Source: Camelus ferus (lineage: Eukaryota). From it: a DNA stretch of 64,000 nucleotides. Positions within the stretch are counted from its first letter, which is position 1, and the number at the start of each line of letters is the position of its first letter. The stretch is taken from assembly GCF_009834535.1 (NCBI RefSeq), contig NC_045697.1:59212001-59276000 (forward strand), read 5' to 3'. This document shows positions 27,140-39,745 of this stretch, one piece after another. Under the pieces are notes generated by a model. The model was given only the letters and a program-made list of their open reading frames with translations. It searched no databases and was not told where the DNA came from. Position numbers and translations under genes: made by a program.

Positions 27140-27558
27140 TGTACCAGATTAAATACTGTCTCACAAATTCTTGTCCACCTGGAACATGAAAATTTGACCT
27201 TTTTTGTAAATAAGTTCTTTGCAGATGTAATCAGTTTAGATGATGTCATACTAGATTATATTGGACCCTAAATCCAGTGACTGTTTTTCTCTTAGAGGGA
27301 AATTTGGAAATAAACACAGATAGGCAGGTAAGAAGGCAGAGACTGAAGCGAAGTCAAGGCCTTCCAAGCATTGGCAGTAACCATCAAAAGCAAGAAGAGG
27401 GAAGAATGGATTCTTTTTTAGAGCCTTCAGAGAAAGAAGCATGGCCTTGCTAACAATTTGATTTCAGTCTGTTAGCTTCCCTATGAGAAAATACTTTTCT
27501 ATTGTGTTAAGCCAGAGTTTGTGGTACTTTGTTACCATAGTCTTAGAATACTGATATA
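27140..27558 (+). mobile_element. ERVL-MaLR solo LTR (MLT1C-like)
   Basis: ttctttgcagatgtaatcag...ggaccctaaatccagtgactg...agagccttcagagaaagaagcatggccttgc...gtttgtggtactttgttac. Confidence 0.8.
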
Positions 27559-27569
27559 CCACTTCAGGT

Positions 27570-29790
27570 GCCATTTAAGGTGGTGTCTGCTAAGCTTCTC
27601 CACTGTAAAGTTACTGTATTTTCCTTGTTACATGCAAGTCACTAAACCCAACCTAGGTTCAAGGAGAAGGGAATTAAATTTTAATATCTAGAGGGAGAGT
27701 AGCAACAATTTGTGGACACATGAAAAAATTATTAATAAATAATTTTTGGGAGATACTTTGAAGATTTGCATACATTCTTTTTCTCTTAAAGGTTTTACCT
27801 ACTAGTTTTAGCATTAGTCAGTGGGCTTTGCGGACAGCAATTACTAGTGTAGTGTTCTGTTTCTCTCATTCCTTCTACATTTATTCACTGGAATTCTTCT
27901 ATAAAGAAATTTGTTCCTCCTCCCCATTTGTTGAATCAATATTTATATTACCATGGATGTATAAATATTTATTATATTCTTTGGGTTTATAATTCAACAT
28001 ATTTATTTATTATATTACGGAAATTTTTCCAGCTTTGGCCAATAGGAGCTCTTTCTGTTTCTCTTCTCTGACCTTTTTTTTCTTTGGGTGGGGGGCTTAT
28101 TCTATTAAATTTAATTAATTAATTAATTAATTAATTTTAAACTTTTTTTATTGCGTTATTATAATCAGTTTACAATGTTGTGTCAATTTCCAGTGTAGAG
28201 CACAATTTTGCAGTTATACATGAACATACATATATTCATTGTTGCATTCTTTTTCACTGTGAGCTAGCACAAGATCTTGGATATATTTCCCTGTGCTATA
28301 TATACAGTATAATCTTGTTTATCTATTCTACATATGCCTGTCAATATCTACAAATTTCAAACTCCCAGTCTGTCCCTTTCCACCCCCCTCCCTCTGGCAA
28401 CCACAAGTTTGTATTCTATGTCTGTGAGCTTGTTTCTGTTTTGTTTTATGTTCATTTGTCTTTTTCTTTCTTTCTTTTTTTTTTTTTTAAGATTCCACAT
28501 ATGAGTGATCTCATACAGTATTTTTCTTTTTCTGGCTTACTTCGCTTAGAATGAAATTCTCCAGGGACATCCATGTTGCTGCAAATGGCGTTATGTTGTC
28601 ATTTTTTATGGCCGAATAGTATTCCATTGTATAAATGCACCACCTCTTCTTTATTCAGTCATCTGTCAATGGGCATTTAGGCTGTTTCCATGTCTTGCCT
28701 ATTGCAGTTAGTGCTGCTATGAACATTGGGGTGCAGGTGTCATTTTGAAGTAGGGTTCCTTCTGGATATATGCCCAGGAGTGGAATTCCTGGGTCCTATG
28801 GTAAATCTATTCCTAAATTTTTGAGGAATCTCCATAGTGTTTTCCACGGTGGCTGCACCAAACTTCATTCCCACCAGCAGTGTAGGAGGGTTCCCTTTTC
28901 TCCACAGCCTTTCTTACTTTCTTATACTGTAATATGCACAAGACTCATCTTGTATTTTCTGAGTTCCAGCCTTAGAATAAGTCATTTCTTCAAAGCCCTA
29001 GTTCTTTTTGGAATTAGGTATTGAGAAAGCAGATCTAGGTGTGAGGTGTGCTTATTGTTACTAGATGTCAGTTTTTAGGTCCTTAGCTGATAAAGCTAGG
29101 AAGTACATGTATATGTACCAGCCCATGTATACATATGTATCTATGTTACTGAACCTATATTAAAATAAAAATAAGTTCATATTGACATCTCTGAAACTAA
29201 ACCAGCACTGTGACATTCATGATAGACTTTCTTCCTTGCTTGTTTGTAACTATATTTTCTGGCAGTGAGAAACTAGGTCCCCAATTATGTATAATTTAAT
29301 TAATTATATGTTTAACCCTATATACATGTAAAGTAGTTTTAGAATTGCTAATCCATATCTCTTTGAGAGATAAATTTACCAGTAAGACTACTGGTTGTAT
29401 ATGGTTCTTTTTGTCTTTAGCCTTATAGAATCCAGTCAAAACATTGTTTTAAAGTTATTTAAGTCAGCTTGTTTATTTCCTCACCCCCTTCAATGAAGTT
29501 GTGTCATATATTTGTAATGAATTTGACTTTTTGTTCACAGTCTACATCCATCCTGAAATCTGATATGCTGGTTGATTTTTTAAAAATTTGCAAATAAGAG
29601 AGTTCAATCTTGTATATAATTCTGTGTATCTTGGCAAATGCATAGTCTTGTATCTGACACCCCAGTACTATGTAGAAAATGTCATCACCTTAAAATTTTC
29701 TTCTGCAGACCCTTTGCAGGCAACTGCTCCTTGTACTCTCAAACTCTGGTATGACTGATCTTTTTCCATTCCTAAAATTTTGCCTTTTCC
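27570..29790 (-). mobile_element. Old L1M (L1MC/MD-like) 3' region, interrupted by a younger L1
   Basis: ggtgtctgctaagcttctccactgtaaagttac...ttccagctttggccaataggagctc resumes after 28910 as ctcatcttgtattttct...ccctagttctttt. Confidence 0.6.
28075..28908 (-). mobile_element. Younger L1 3' end (ORF2 C-terminus and 3'UTR)
   Basis: cagtttacaatgttgtgtcaatttcc...agattccacatatgagtg...gctatgaacattggggtgcagg...ttcccaccagcagtgtaggagggttccc. Confidence 0.9.
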
Positions 29791-30830
29791 AGAATGGGTC
29801 ATAAGGTAACTGTATATTTAATCTTTTGTGCAACTGGCCAACTGTTTTTCAAAGTGACTGCACCATTTTACATTTTCACAAGCGGTGTATATGGATTCCA
29901 CTTTCTTCCCATACTCACTAACATTTTTATTTTCCTTTATTTTGATTTTAGTCATTCTAATGGGTGTGAAGTGGTATCTTATTTTAGTTTTGATTTACAT
30001 TTTCCCCGATGACTCTTTTTCATATGCATATTGGCCATTTGGATATCTTCTTCGAAGAAATGTTTATTCAGTTCATTTGCCCATGTTTTAAATTGGTTTA
30101 TTTCACTTTTTATTGTTGAAATATAATAGCTTTTAATATGTTCTGGCTAATAGACCATTATCATATATATATATTTTGCAAAATTTTTCTTCCATTCTTT
30201 GTGTTTTCTTTTCACCTTCTTGTATTATCCTTTGAAGTATGAAAGTTTCAAATCCTGATGAAATCCAGTTTGTTTATTTTTTCTGTAGTTGAGTGACATG
30301 CCTTAGAATATCACTGCCTAATCTAAGGTCTCAAAGATTTATGACTATATTTTCTTCTATAGTTTTATAATTTTAGGTCTTACATTTAGGTCTTTGATCT
30401 ATTTGGAGTTAATTTTTATATATGGTGTGAGATACATGTTCAACTTCATTCTTTTGAACATGGCTGTGCAGTTGTCTCAGCACCATTTGTTGGAAAAAAC
30501 TATTCTTTTCTCATTGACTTCCCTTGTAGATAATCAGTTGACATTAAATGTATGGGTTTATTTCTGAACTGTCAATTTTATTTTGTTAACCTCTCTATAT
30601 ATATACTTATGTTAACGCCACACAGTATTGTTTACTGTAGCTTTCTAGTAAGTTTTGAAATCAAGAAGTGGAAATTCCCCAGCTTTCTTCATTTTTCAAT
30701 ATTTTTTGGTTATTCGAGGTCTCTTGTATTTCCTTTTAAATTTTAGGTACAGCTTGTCAATTTCTATAAAAAAGGCCATTTGGGGTTTTGACAGAGATTG
30801 TGTTTCCTCTATAGATCAATTTTGGGTTTT
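29790..30830 (-). mobile_element. L1M ORF2 fragment, degenerate
   Basis: ttttcaaagtgactgcaccattttacatt...gggtgtgaagtggtatc...cagcaccatttgttgg...gcttgtcaatttctataaaaa. Confidence 0.85.
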
Positions 30831-31659
30831 ACATCTTTTTAAGCCTTTTTTTTTTTCCAACCTAGCTTATCCTGTAGACTGATAAATTATTTAAATCCAT
30901 TACAATGTCATGACAGAGGAATGCAAGGAGACAGGTTGTGGGGTAAGAAAGATAACATAAGATGGCAGTTTATAAGACATGGTGAGAAAAGTGGTTAGGA
31001 GAATGCATTCAGTGGATTGTTCTAGAGTAGTGATTTCCATATACTTGTGGAGTACTGTTTTCACTGTGAAAAATTACTACCTTTGCCTTGAAGCTGCATA
31101 TGATAAGTCTAAAGGACTTGTAAATTCAGAAATTATTTCTCTTACTTTTTAGTGTTATGATGTCACTTAAAAATAATATAATGTTGAAATGTCATATTTT
31201 AATATGATGTGTTTGCCAGCTCTATATTGGTTCCATCAGTATTTAGTTTCTTTATTTTAGTTCCCTAAAAGCTTCACATTCTGGAATATATTCTTTAAAA
31301 CTTCCCTGTATCAGTCAAGATTCTCAGTTGTAAGAAACAGAAAACATTTGAAAAGGAGAATGAATTCTTTAAAGGGATATTGGATATTTCATTACCTCTC
31401 AAGGAGGGCAGAAAATTATGGCAGACGCTTCAATTGTGACCACACTGGTCACATACACTAATTCTAGCCTACGCCACAGGAAGTTTCCAGAAGACCTTGA
31501 TAATCACGTTCTGAGAATATGAATCTGCCACCATATTTTAGGGTTTAAAGCTGGCACTTATAATGGAAACTTTTTAAGGCTCCAGTTTAGTTTAAAGCTC
31601 TCTGTGATCATTCAATTAAATTAGACAAATGTGCATTGACCACCCACTATGAGCTCTTG

Positions 31660-32052
31660 GCTTGGCTCCAATCATGAGTCCTGCTATGTTTGACTTGGCT
31701 TGCAAACAACTTAGCCATGTTAAATGTGTTTCCTTGCCTACCGTGAATGAGTAAGGGGAGCTCTCTGACTCTGCTGGGTTTTGATACTAAACAGCACATC
31801 CCTGAGAGCCCTGCTGCACCTGATGTATACACAGAGACTGGAAACAGGAATAATTACAATCAGGCTTCTGCTGGCTGTGCTTAAGATCAACGAGTCAGCA
31901 GAATGCCAATCAGCGCATTTTTGCAGGAGCTTTTGATAGGAGCTACCCTCTCCTCACAGCAAGATGGCCAGTTTATGGGAAACAAACAACCCTTGCGTGC
32001 TTTTCCAATCTGTGGTGTCCCCACTTAAAAAAAATCACAACAAATTGTGAGT
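31660..32052 (+). promoter_or_regulatory. Putative cis-regulatory module or alternative promoter
   Basis: Non-repeat block with higher GC. It contains CCAAT (31668, and gccaatcagc at 31905), ARE/AP-1-like TGACnnnGC (31691, 31766), cGAGTCAGCA (31891), YY1-like CAAGATGGC (31960) and a GTGAGT donor (32047). Evidence is motif-only. Confidence 0.3.
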
Positions 32053-32721
32053 GCAGAAGTGGTTTTCTGTGGTGTTAAATATAAGGAATGTCTTCAAGAT
32101 GTTGCACTTTAGAGTTCTTCATGGCAAGTAGGCAAACCAGCAGAAAAACAATCAGCCTTTATGAATTTGCTTATGTGTTATGGTAAAGATCTTAGCCAAG
32201 AAGCACTGTGTGTTAATGGCAAATTTACTTCCGTATTTAGTGTCAGGTACAAACTTTTCTGTGGTTCCTGAGAATGCCTTTATGTACATGAAAATAGAAA
32301 CTCTTTGTTGGTAACATAAACTGTGTTAGTCATGGGAAAACCAAATGTCTGAGTGAAAATGGTTTATTTTTTAATGACATACTTATGTAATAGAGTTGGG
32401 TTTATTCTTAGTAAGTAGATGCCTTACATTAAATTTATTTTGTAAATACACAAATATTTAGAAAGTAAATTTAATTCCTGACTTTTAGATGCAATAATTT
32501 TAAAAATTCATAAAATTATAGCAATTTTTAATGTGTAATGAAAGTAACTATGAGGAATTATTTAGAGAAGTTGAATATTTTCTGTGTGCATTTGGGGTAA
32601 AAAATAATTTTTAGAATATGTTTTTCATTTGTATATGTACAGGTGCATGTTTGTGTGTGTGTATGATAAGGTAGTGATGACTGTGCATTTTAAAAAATAA
32701 AAGGTAAAAAGTTGTCAGTAT

Positions 32722-33230
32722 TGTATTAGTTATCTATTACTTTATAACAAATTACTCTCTAAACTAGCTAATTAAAACTATAAACATTTATTATCTCGAG
32801 TTCTGAGGGTCAGTTTAATTAGGTGTTTCTGGCAATTGAGTTTTCTCATCTCTTGCAAGCAAGATGTCAGCTGAGGTGGTATTCATCTGAAGGCTTGACA
32901 AGGGCTGAGAGAACCACTTTCAGGATGGTTCATTCAGTATGACTGCTGTCTGGAGAAGGTCTTCGTTCCTTACTGGCTATTGGCAGGATGCTTCACTTTT
33001 CTTCCTATGGACCTCTTCATGGGGGACCATGTATATCCTCAACATGTAACAGCTAACTTCTCACAGAGAAAGTAATCCAACAGGGTGTGAAGTAGAAGCT
33101 GCTTTCTTTCATCATCTAGTCTTGGAATTCACACTGTCTTAGCCTTAATACTGCATTAGTTACATATATCAGTTCTATCCAACGTGGCAGGAGTTATACA
33201 AGGCCATGAACAACAGGAAGTGGGGAATCC
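32722..33230 (-). mobile_element. ERVL-MaLR solo LTR (MLT1F/G-like)
   Basis: tgtattagttatctattac...acaaattactc...aagatgtcagctgagg...catctgaaggcttgac...acaaggccatgaacaacaggaagtgggga. Confidence 0.75.
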
Positions 33231-34335
33231 ACTAATTCAGTTTTGCTGCAAGAATTGACCATGAAGAATGCCTTCAGATTTAAAAAGAATATCAACTTAC
33301 TTGCTAGATATTTCTATCGGAATAAAGAATTAGAGAACAGGTATAATGATGTGCTTCTGGAAAAAAATTGTAGGGCAACCTTACTTTTCTTTCCTCTCTG
33401 TTTTTCTATAGAGGAAGAGTGAATTGGGGATAAAATATCTGTATTTCTTTGGAAAAGAGTCTCACAATATAACAATTCTTGAGAGAGGACACAAAAATGG
33501 CCTAACAACCTTGAAAGTATTCTTTTAAAGTCTATTACATTCTGAAGTATTATTTCTAAATGGAAAGCTTTTTTCTTGCTTGATAGCTTTGATTTTCCAA
33601 TATTGTGTATGATTGCCTGCCTTAGTGTGCAAATTCAAATTTCAAAAGGCATTTTATTTTTCTCCAAGAACATTCAGGTTGTGTTTTGCTTTGTGTTTTA
33701 ACCTTGATTTCATTTCTAGTCAGAATATTAGCATTTTAGGACATGACTTCAAGGTGTTTATATTATTCAAATTTTTATCTACCTTAATATAATTCTATTA
33801 ATGATAAAATATATAAATATTTCTTTTTAATTGAATAAATGGAAGTTTAATGTGATTTCAAATATGTTGTAAATTACTCTAGTTTATAATTTTTTACTAT
33901 TATTTATTGCCTTATAATTAGTTACATGCTATGTAGGTTATTAAAGATATTAAAACTTCTATTAACTAAAGGAGTAAAATTCTAAAACACTGTTATTTTG
34001 CTCTGAGTACCTATCACTTTCAGCCTTAAAGTGGAATAGTGCTAATATGTTAGATAAATCTGTCTTAGTCAAATGCTATGAACCTGATTAATTCCAGAAG
34101 GATCATCAAACTTGGATCATGGAACTGATGTAAGGTGAGGATTTTCTGCACTCCCAAATATAACAATTAAGATAGTAATTCAAAAGAGGTACTTTAGAAT
34201 GAGTAGTGTCTGAATCTGGTTGGGGTTTTCATAGTGCATTCTTCTAAATGAAAGTTATCTCCAGTGTAGCTGCAGATAGTAAGCAAAAGAGATACAACTC
34301 CAGATGTGGCTAGAGTTTTATTTGATTTTCTGAAA

Positions 34336-34336
<1 letters not shown>

Positions 34337-34376
<40 letters not shown>
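34337..34376. repeat. (TG)20 microsatellite
   Basis: Perfect dinucleotide run. Confidence 0.98.
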
Positions 34377-34379
<3 letters not shown>

Positions 34380-36059
34380 ACAAACTTGGAAGCCAGTATG
34401 ACCATCCTCTAACTTTTGATCATCAAGGGTCACCGGAGCATATCTAACAAGTCTTCAGTCTCTTATCTCCACTTCTTAGTCACAGAACTTTTCAACTCAC
34501 AAGAATTTTGAGAAGAGTTTTATATATATATCTTATTTTGGAGGGGAGAGAAGCAGGCTATAATTGTTCCAAAGCTTTCTTCTGTGACTGCTACATCACT
34601 TAGCTATCTTTTTGTGTCTTGTGATGATGATGCCTAAAATCTTCTGGGAAGTAATGATATCCAGTGCTCTTTCCTTCAAGAATTCTTATCCCAGCTCTAG
34701 TTTGCCTTATTGTCTCTCTTTTCTGAATATCTAATGAGCTTGCAATCTCTATCACTCATTCAGTCTTGTTTTGAAACTATGTATATATATTTGTCTTATT
34801 TATTCAATAACATTTAAAGCTTCATATAAACTGAACCCATTTTAATTTTTTCTCTCATATTTTATCCAGCACCTAGTATAGCACTGGAATCATTCAGATG
34901 TTCAAAAGGCATCTGTCAGAATCAATTCCATCAAAATCTGAAAAGAGTGAGACACAACTTTTTAGAAAACAAAAACTTGTTTCCCATTTGACTTTTACAT
35001 CACTTTTGGAAACACCCATTTCTCATAGCTCTCAAACATGGAATCTTATATGAGCCTTTGCTTTTATAGTTTCTCCCCCTGCAGTGATTTCAGTTGAATT
35101 CGATTTCTTTATTCTTTTTAGTGTCTGAGTCTGAATAACATCATGCAGGAAATTTTAAATCAATTTCTTCTGGATTAATTTCTAAAGGTTATCTTTATGT
35201 GGTGTAAAATTATACACTTTGTTAGTTTAAGCAAGTTCTCATTGTACATAAAATCCTATAGTTCCTCCTTATCATCATGTGTATCAAATTTGAAAATTTT
35301 GCAAAATTTAATTTCTAGTCTTTTCATTGATCTTTTCTTATCTTCATCTTTTACTATTAGCCTAGAGTCTTTGCACCAAAGTGGCCAGTGAGGCCTTCTG
35401 GTTTCTATGTTCAATCTTTCCTAGGTCCCAGAATATCAACTTATTAATTTTCAGTGATAAATTTATATATTGCATAGTGAGAACACCTGAGTTTGCATGA
35501 TCATTGCACTTTCCTTTCTTGGTAATTGTCATGGGAAGTCATATTATAATCTAAGCCACTTATTAATTTGCCATAAGAAGCTATTGTCACAGAAACCCTA
35601 AATAATCTCAAATCCTTTTGATCAGCACATTCTTTCCCTGTTGCAGAACCACATGGGAAGCCAATTCCTAATCAGAAGTTTGCTTGGTAAGTGTGGAATT
35701 AGAACAAATGGCTTTAGATGATTCAAATATTTAATGGGTTGAGGCTAAGATTGCTTCTGAGCAACTGTACACTTACAAGGTTTTCTAACTGTGTGTTCTG
35801 AAGCTGTAAAAGTAAAAGCTGTAAAAACTATCATACAGAAGCTACAGGTAGCTTCTTTAATGGGTAAAGACTTGAATACTCCTCTGGAGCTGAAAGTTCC
35901 TTCACTCTGGGAAAACCTCCTGAATGGACCTTTAATTGCACAAATGTAAAGTAGGAGTCATTTTTGAATTATGCATTGTTCTTGGAGAAAAATTTGAGGT
36001 AATTTTTCACCCAAATGAAAACGTTGTGGACTGAGAAACGAAGTAGGCTGTTTGCTAAT

Positions 36060-36210
36060 GTATGATTTTGCCTTTGTTTATGCAAGTTAGTGAACCTCTC
36101 CTAACCTCAGTTTTTTCCTCAGTAAAATGGGGGCATAATATTTCATAAGGTAAAGTAATACAAGTAAACCTCTTCCAGTGCGGTCTCATATCTGGTAAGT
36201 GGCTTAGTAT
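36060..36210 (+). mobile_element. MIR fragment
   Basis: gcaagttagtgaacctctcctaacctcagttttttcctcagtaaaatgggggcataata. Confidence 0.7.
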
Positions 36211-36839
36211 TAGTGATGAGTATGTTTCTGAGAATATCACTGCTTTTAAAAGAAACACTTTATTTCTCTGTCTAGATTGGGACTGCACTTTGCCAGTAAA
36301 CAAATTTTTGTTCTTCATGAAGATGTGCATCCTTTGTTTGGACAGAAGACTGCAGAATGAACTCCAAGGCTGACCCTTGCCTCTTGCAGGAGGACTACAT
36401 GTAAAGTACAGGGCTGCAAGGGCAACACAGAAACCGCTGTTGATTCTACACATGACTAACCCAGATGGAGACAGTCATATGCACTACTGGGCTCTGACAT
36501 CTCTGCCTGTTCCTGGAATGGAGGTTTTCTTGAATTGACTTTTCTGCTCACAACAATCTTTAATAGAGGAAGATTCTGGCACAGAAAATTAAAAGGTAAG
36601 CTTTTAAGTGAAGTGGAAGAGGAATTGATTTTTTGCTCTGATTAACTGACTCTTTGGGTGTCTAGACGTAGACTTGAGTCGAGATTCTCCTGTGTGATGT
36701 GGAATCTAAGTCAGTCACTATTCCATGAAATTAGGTTGGGGCTAATGCCTATTGTGATTTGGGCAATCTTGCTGCCTATGAAAATGTATTCTTTTTTTTC
36801 CGTTCGAATTGGAGTGTTGAGCAAATGATCGATAAGCTG

Positions 36840-37200
36840 TACTGCATTCCCAGCTTCTTTGCAGTTAGATATTGCCTCATGACTGAGATGTCCCTAGTGT
36901 AATGTGATGAAGTGATATTTCCCACTTGCAGACCTGGCCTGTTAGCCTCCTGAGCATTTTGCTATGCTCTTTCCTCCTTCTGCCTAACCTGCATGACAAT
37001 AACCAGAGAGGTCTTGGAACTCATGTGTGTTGAAGATGGCAGAGTCGCCATCAGGCGAATCCCTGTATGTTGGCATGGAGAAAAGCCAGGGTTGCCCTGG
37101 AACTCCTATCCTGACTTTTATGAGAGAAAGATTATAGATATGTTTTTAAAACTGCTGAAATTTTGGTGTTTGTTTCAACCAATTTGCCTCTAGTAACCAA
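36840..37200 (+). mobile_element. MLT1J-like LTR
   Basis: cattcccagcttctttgcagttagatattgcctcatgactgag...atgtgtgttgaagatggcagag...actgctgaaattttggtgtttgttt. Confidence 0.65.
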
Positions 37201-37678
37201 TCCAGTTTGGGCTATGGTGTCACAGTCTGAAAAGTTGGAGAGATACATGATATCATGGCAAAACATTGGCATTTATTAAAACTATCTCCAACTATAATTT
37301 GGAATGTAGTCCACATGCTCGTATAGTTTTAGGTGTACTGGTTGGAAAGAGCTGGAATATTTATATGTGTTGGCTGCTATTCATTGCTTCAAGTGAGATA
37401 TTACAGGAATTGGCTGGTTTGTGCATAGAGATTGAAGGGGAGAAAGAGAATTCACAGATTAAGGGCCTTAACGGAGCTGGAAAAGCTAACTGCTTCTGAA
37501 ACCCAAACAGGAAATAAGATATAAAAGGGCTTCAAATGCAAAGGCCCAATAAGATGTCTAAGTTGAATTAAGGCACTTAACTTTGCAGCAAAAATCAGGG
37601 GAAGAGTGATATCTCCCCACCCAGCAGTTTTAGATGTCCTCAAGGTAGCTGTTGTTAAATTCACACATGCATGCACGT

Positions 37679-37680
<2 letters not shown>

Positions 37681-37722
<42 letters not shown>
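37681..37722. repeat. (AC)21 microsatellite
   Basis: Perfect dinucleotide run. It explains the HTHT and VCVC ORFs. Confidence 0.98.
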
Positions 37723-37724
<2 letters not shown>

Positions 37725-38144
37725 TGCACACTTTACAGGAAAATTAAAACAGATGAAATTTTGGGGGTGTGGTCCCTGCTTCTTGGAAGGGACAAGAAAT
37801 AAATAGACCAAAGACCTATTTAGTTTTTGAGGGAATTGTACTGCCAGAGAAACCAGAAGCCTCACCTGAGAAAGCTTTTGATCCTCTGACCTGTAAGGAG
37901 GGCACATACTCAGAGTTGATTACAGATGTGCCATGGAGATGGTGGAGAGAAAAGAACCTCTCAGAAGGCAAATCCACAGGCTTCAGACGATAGAAAAGGG
38001 AGCTTCTCCCAGGGAGCAGAATCACACCTAATAAGAGCATCCTCTCTGTCACCAGGGCAATGTCTCACCCAATGCTAGCCCAGTGGGAGTGCATCATTTC
38101 AACAAACTATGGTTGTGGAATTTTCCCCAGTCTTCTCTTTAAAA

Positions 38145-38960
38145 GAAATAGACATTTTTTGTTTTCTGTTTTAGAAATTTTAGGTTTATGGAAAAAGCAG
38201 AAAATACAGAATTCCTATGTATTCCCTCACCACTCGCCCTACTGTTAACATTGTCCATTAGTGTAGCACAGTTCTTACAACTCATGAGTCAATTTTGTTA
38301 CATTATTAACCAAATTCCATAGTTTACATTGGGACTCACTCTTTACATATTCTATGGGTTTTGACAAATGTTTAATGACATATATCCACCATTATAATAT
38401 CATATAGAATAATTTCTACCCTAAAAATTCTCTGTACTCCACCTATTTATCTCTCCCTTTGTTCTCTAGCCTTACCACCACCACCACCCTTGTCCCACCC
38501 TAGCTTCTGGCAACCACTACTTTTACTGCTGTCATTATAGTTTTGCCTTTTCCAGAATGTGATATAGTTGTAGTCATACAGCATGTAGCCTTTTCAGATT
38601 GGCTTCTTTCATTTAACAATCTGTATTTCAGGTTTTACCATGTCTTTTCATGGCTTGATAGTTCCTTTTGTAATTCACTGGGTAATAGTCTATTGCATGG
38701 ATGTACCACAGTTTGGTTAGCCATTCATCTATTGAGGGACATCTTGGTTGCTTCCAGCGTTTGGCAATTATGGATTATTCATGTGTAGGTTTTCATGTAG
38801 ATGTAAGTTTTAAGCTTATTTATGTATATATCAAGAAGCTTTGTTGCTGGATCATACAGTAAGAATATATTTACTTTTGTAAGAATCTGACAAACTGCCT
38901 TCCAAAATGGCTGAACCACTTTGCATGCCTACAGGTAATGAAAGAGCATTCCTATTTCTC
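38145..38960 (-). mobile_element. L1M (L1MB/MC-like) 3' fragment
   Basis: ccatagtttacattgggactcactc...ttttgccttttccagaatgt...gatgtaccacagtttg...caaactgccttccaaaatggctg. Confidence 0.85.
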
Positions 38961-38979
38961 TGTGTGTTCTCCTCCTTTT

Positions 38980-39745
38980 AATAGGTATTTTTGTTGTGGT
39001 CATCCAGCTCCATCAACATATATTGACTGAGGCTATGGCAGATAACATTTGTTATTGGCCTCTATACCACTAAAAACAAAACAAAACAAAACATCCAGCC
39101 CTGGAGGAGAAACTTCACATTTCAGAGATACTGGACTTGGAACTGGTTGCAGCAACTGGATAAGGTTTTGAATTGTCTCCTTGGGGAGGGAATGAGTCTA
39201 TTTTATCTACTGACAAATCTTTGTTGGTCAGTAAGTGGACTGTGGTGGAGATGGCTGTCTGCCCCTCAGAACCTTCTCCCCCTTTCTTCCATTGTAATGA
39301 GGGATACATATGGCGAGCCAGCTACGCCGTGTTTCCCAAGTTTCTTTGCACTTAATTAGGTGCTGTCCTGAGATTATGCTCTTCCAATGGTTCCACTGTT
39401 CTCCTATATGAGTAGGAGTAACCTGTGCCATGTTCCACTTCCGAGGCTGATTATGAAAACTCTGTGACATGCCCAATCATGTTCTTTCTCAACTTTTTTT
39501 TTTGGGGGGTGGAGGGTGCTGGAATAATGATAATCAAAGGTGCCTAGAGAGACACCAGAAACCATACATTATAAACGATCAAGCCCTGTCAGCCTGGGTC
39601 CCTGACTAATGGCATCAAGGAGAACTAACCTGCTCTTCCCCTGGACCGTTACATGAATGAGTAATGAACTTCTACTACATTTGAGCTAGGCTTGGTTCTA
39701 TTCACAGCGGTAACTTGGTTCTGATTGTATCTATTCTAATTAATG
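38980..39745 (+). mobile_element. ERVL/MaLR internal 3' remnant followed by an LTR starting about 39241
   Basis: ttggggagggaatgagtctatttt...gtggac|tgtggtggagatggctg resembles an internal-LTR junction. gtcagcctgggtccctgact is a MaLR motif. Confidence 0.45.

Noticed and set aside
33301..33313. 13-nt minus-strand microexon (tag|AAATATCTAGCAA|gtaagt)
   Set aside because: It shifts frame and has no supporting regulatory context. Such site pairs are expected by chance in 64 kb of AT-rich DNA.
37452..37907. 151-aa ORF with a VCVC run
   Set aside because: It is held open by the (AC)21 microsatellite.
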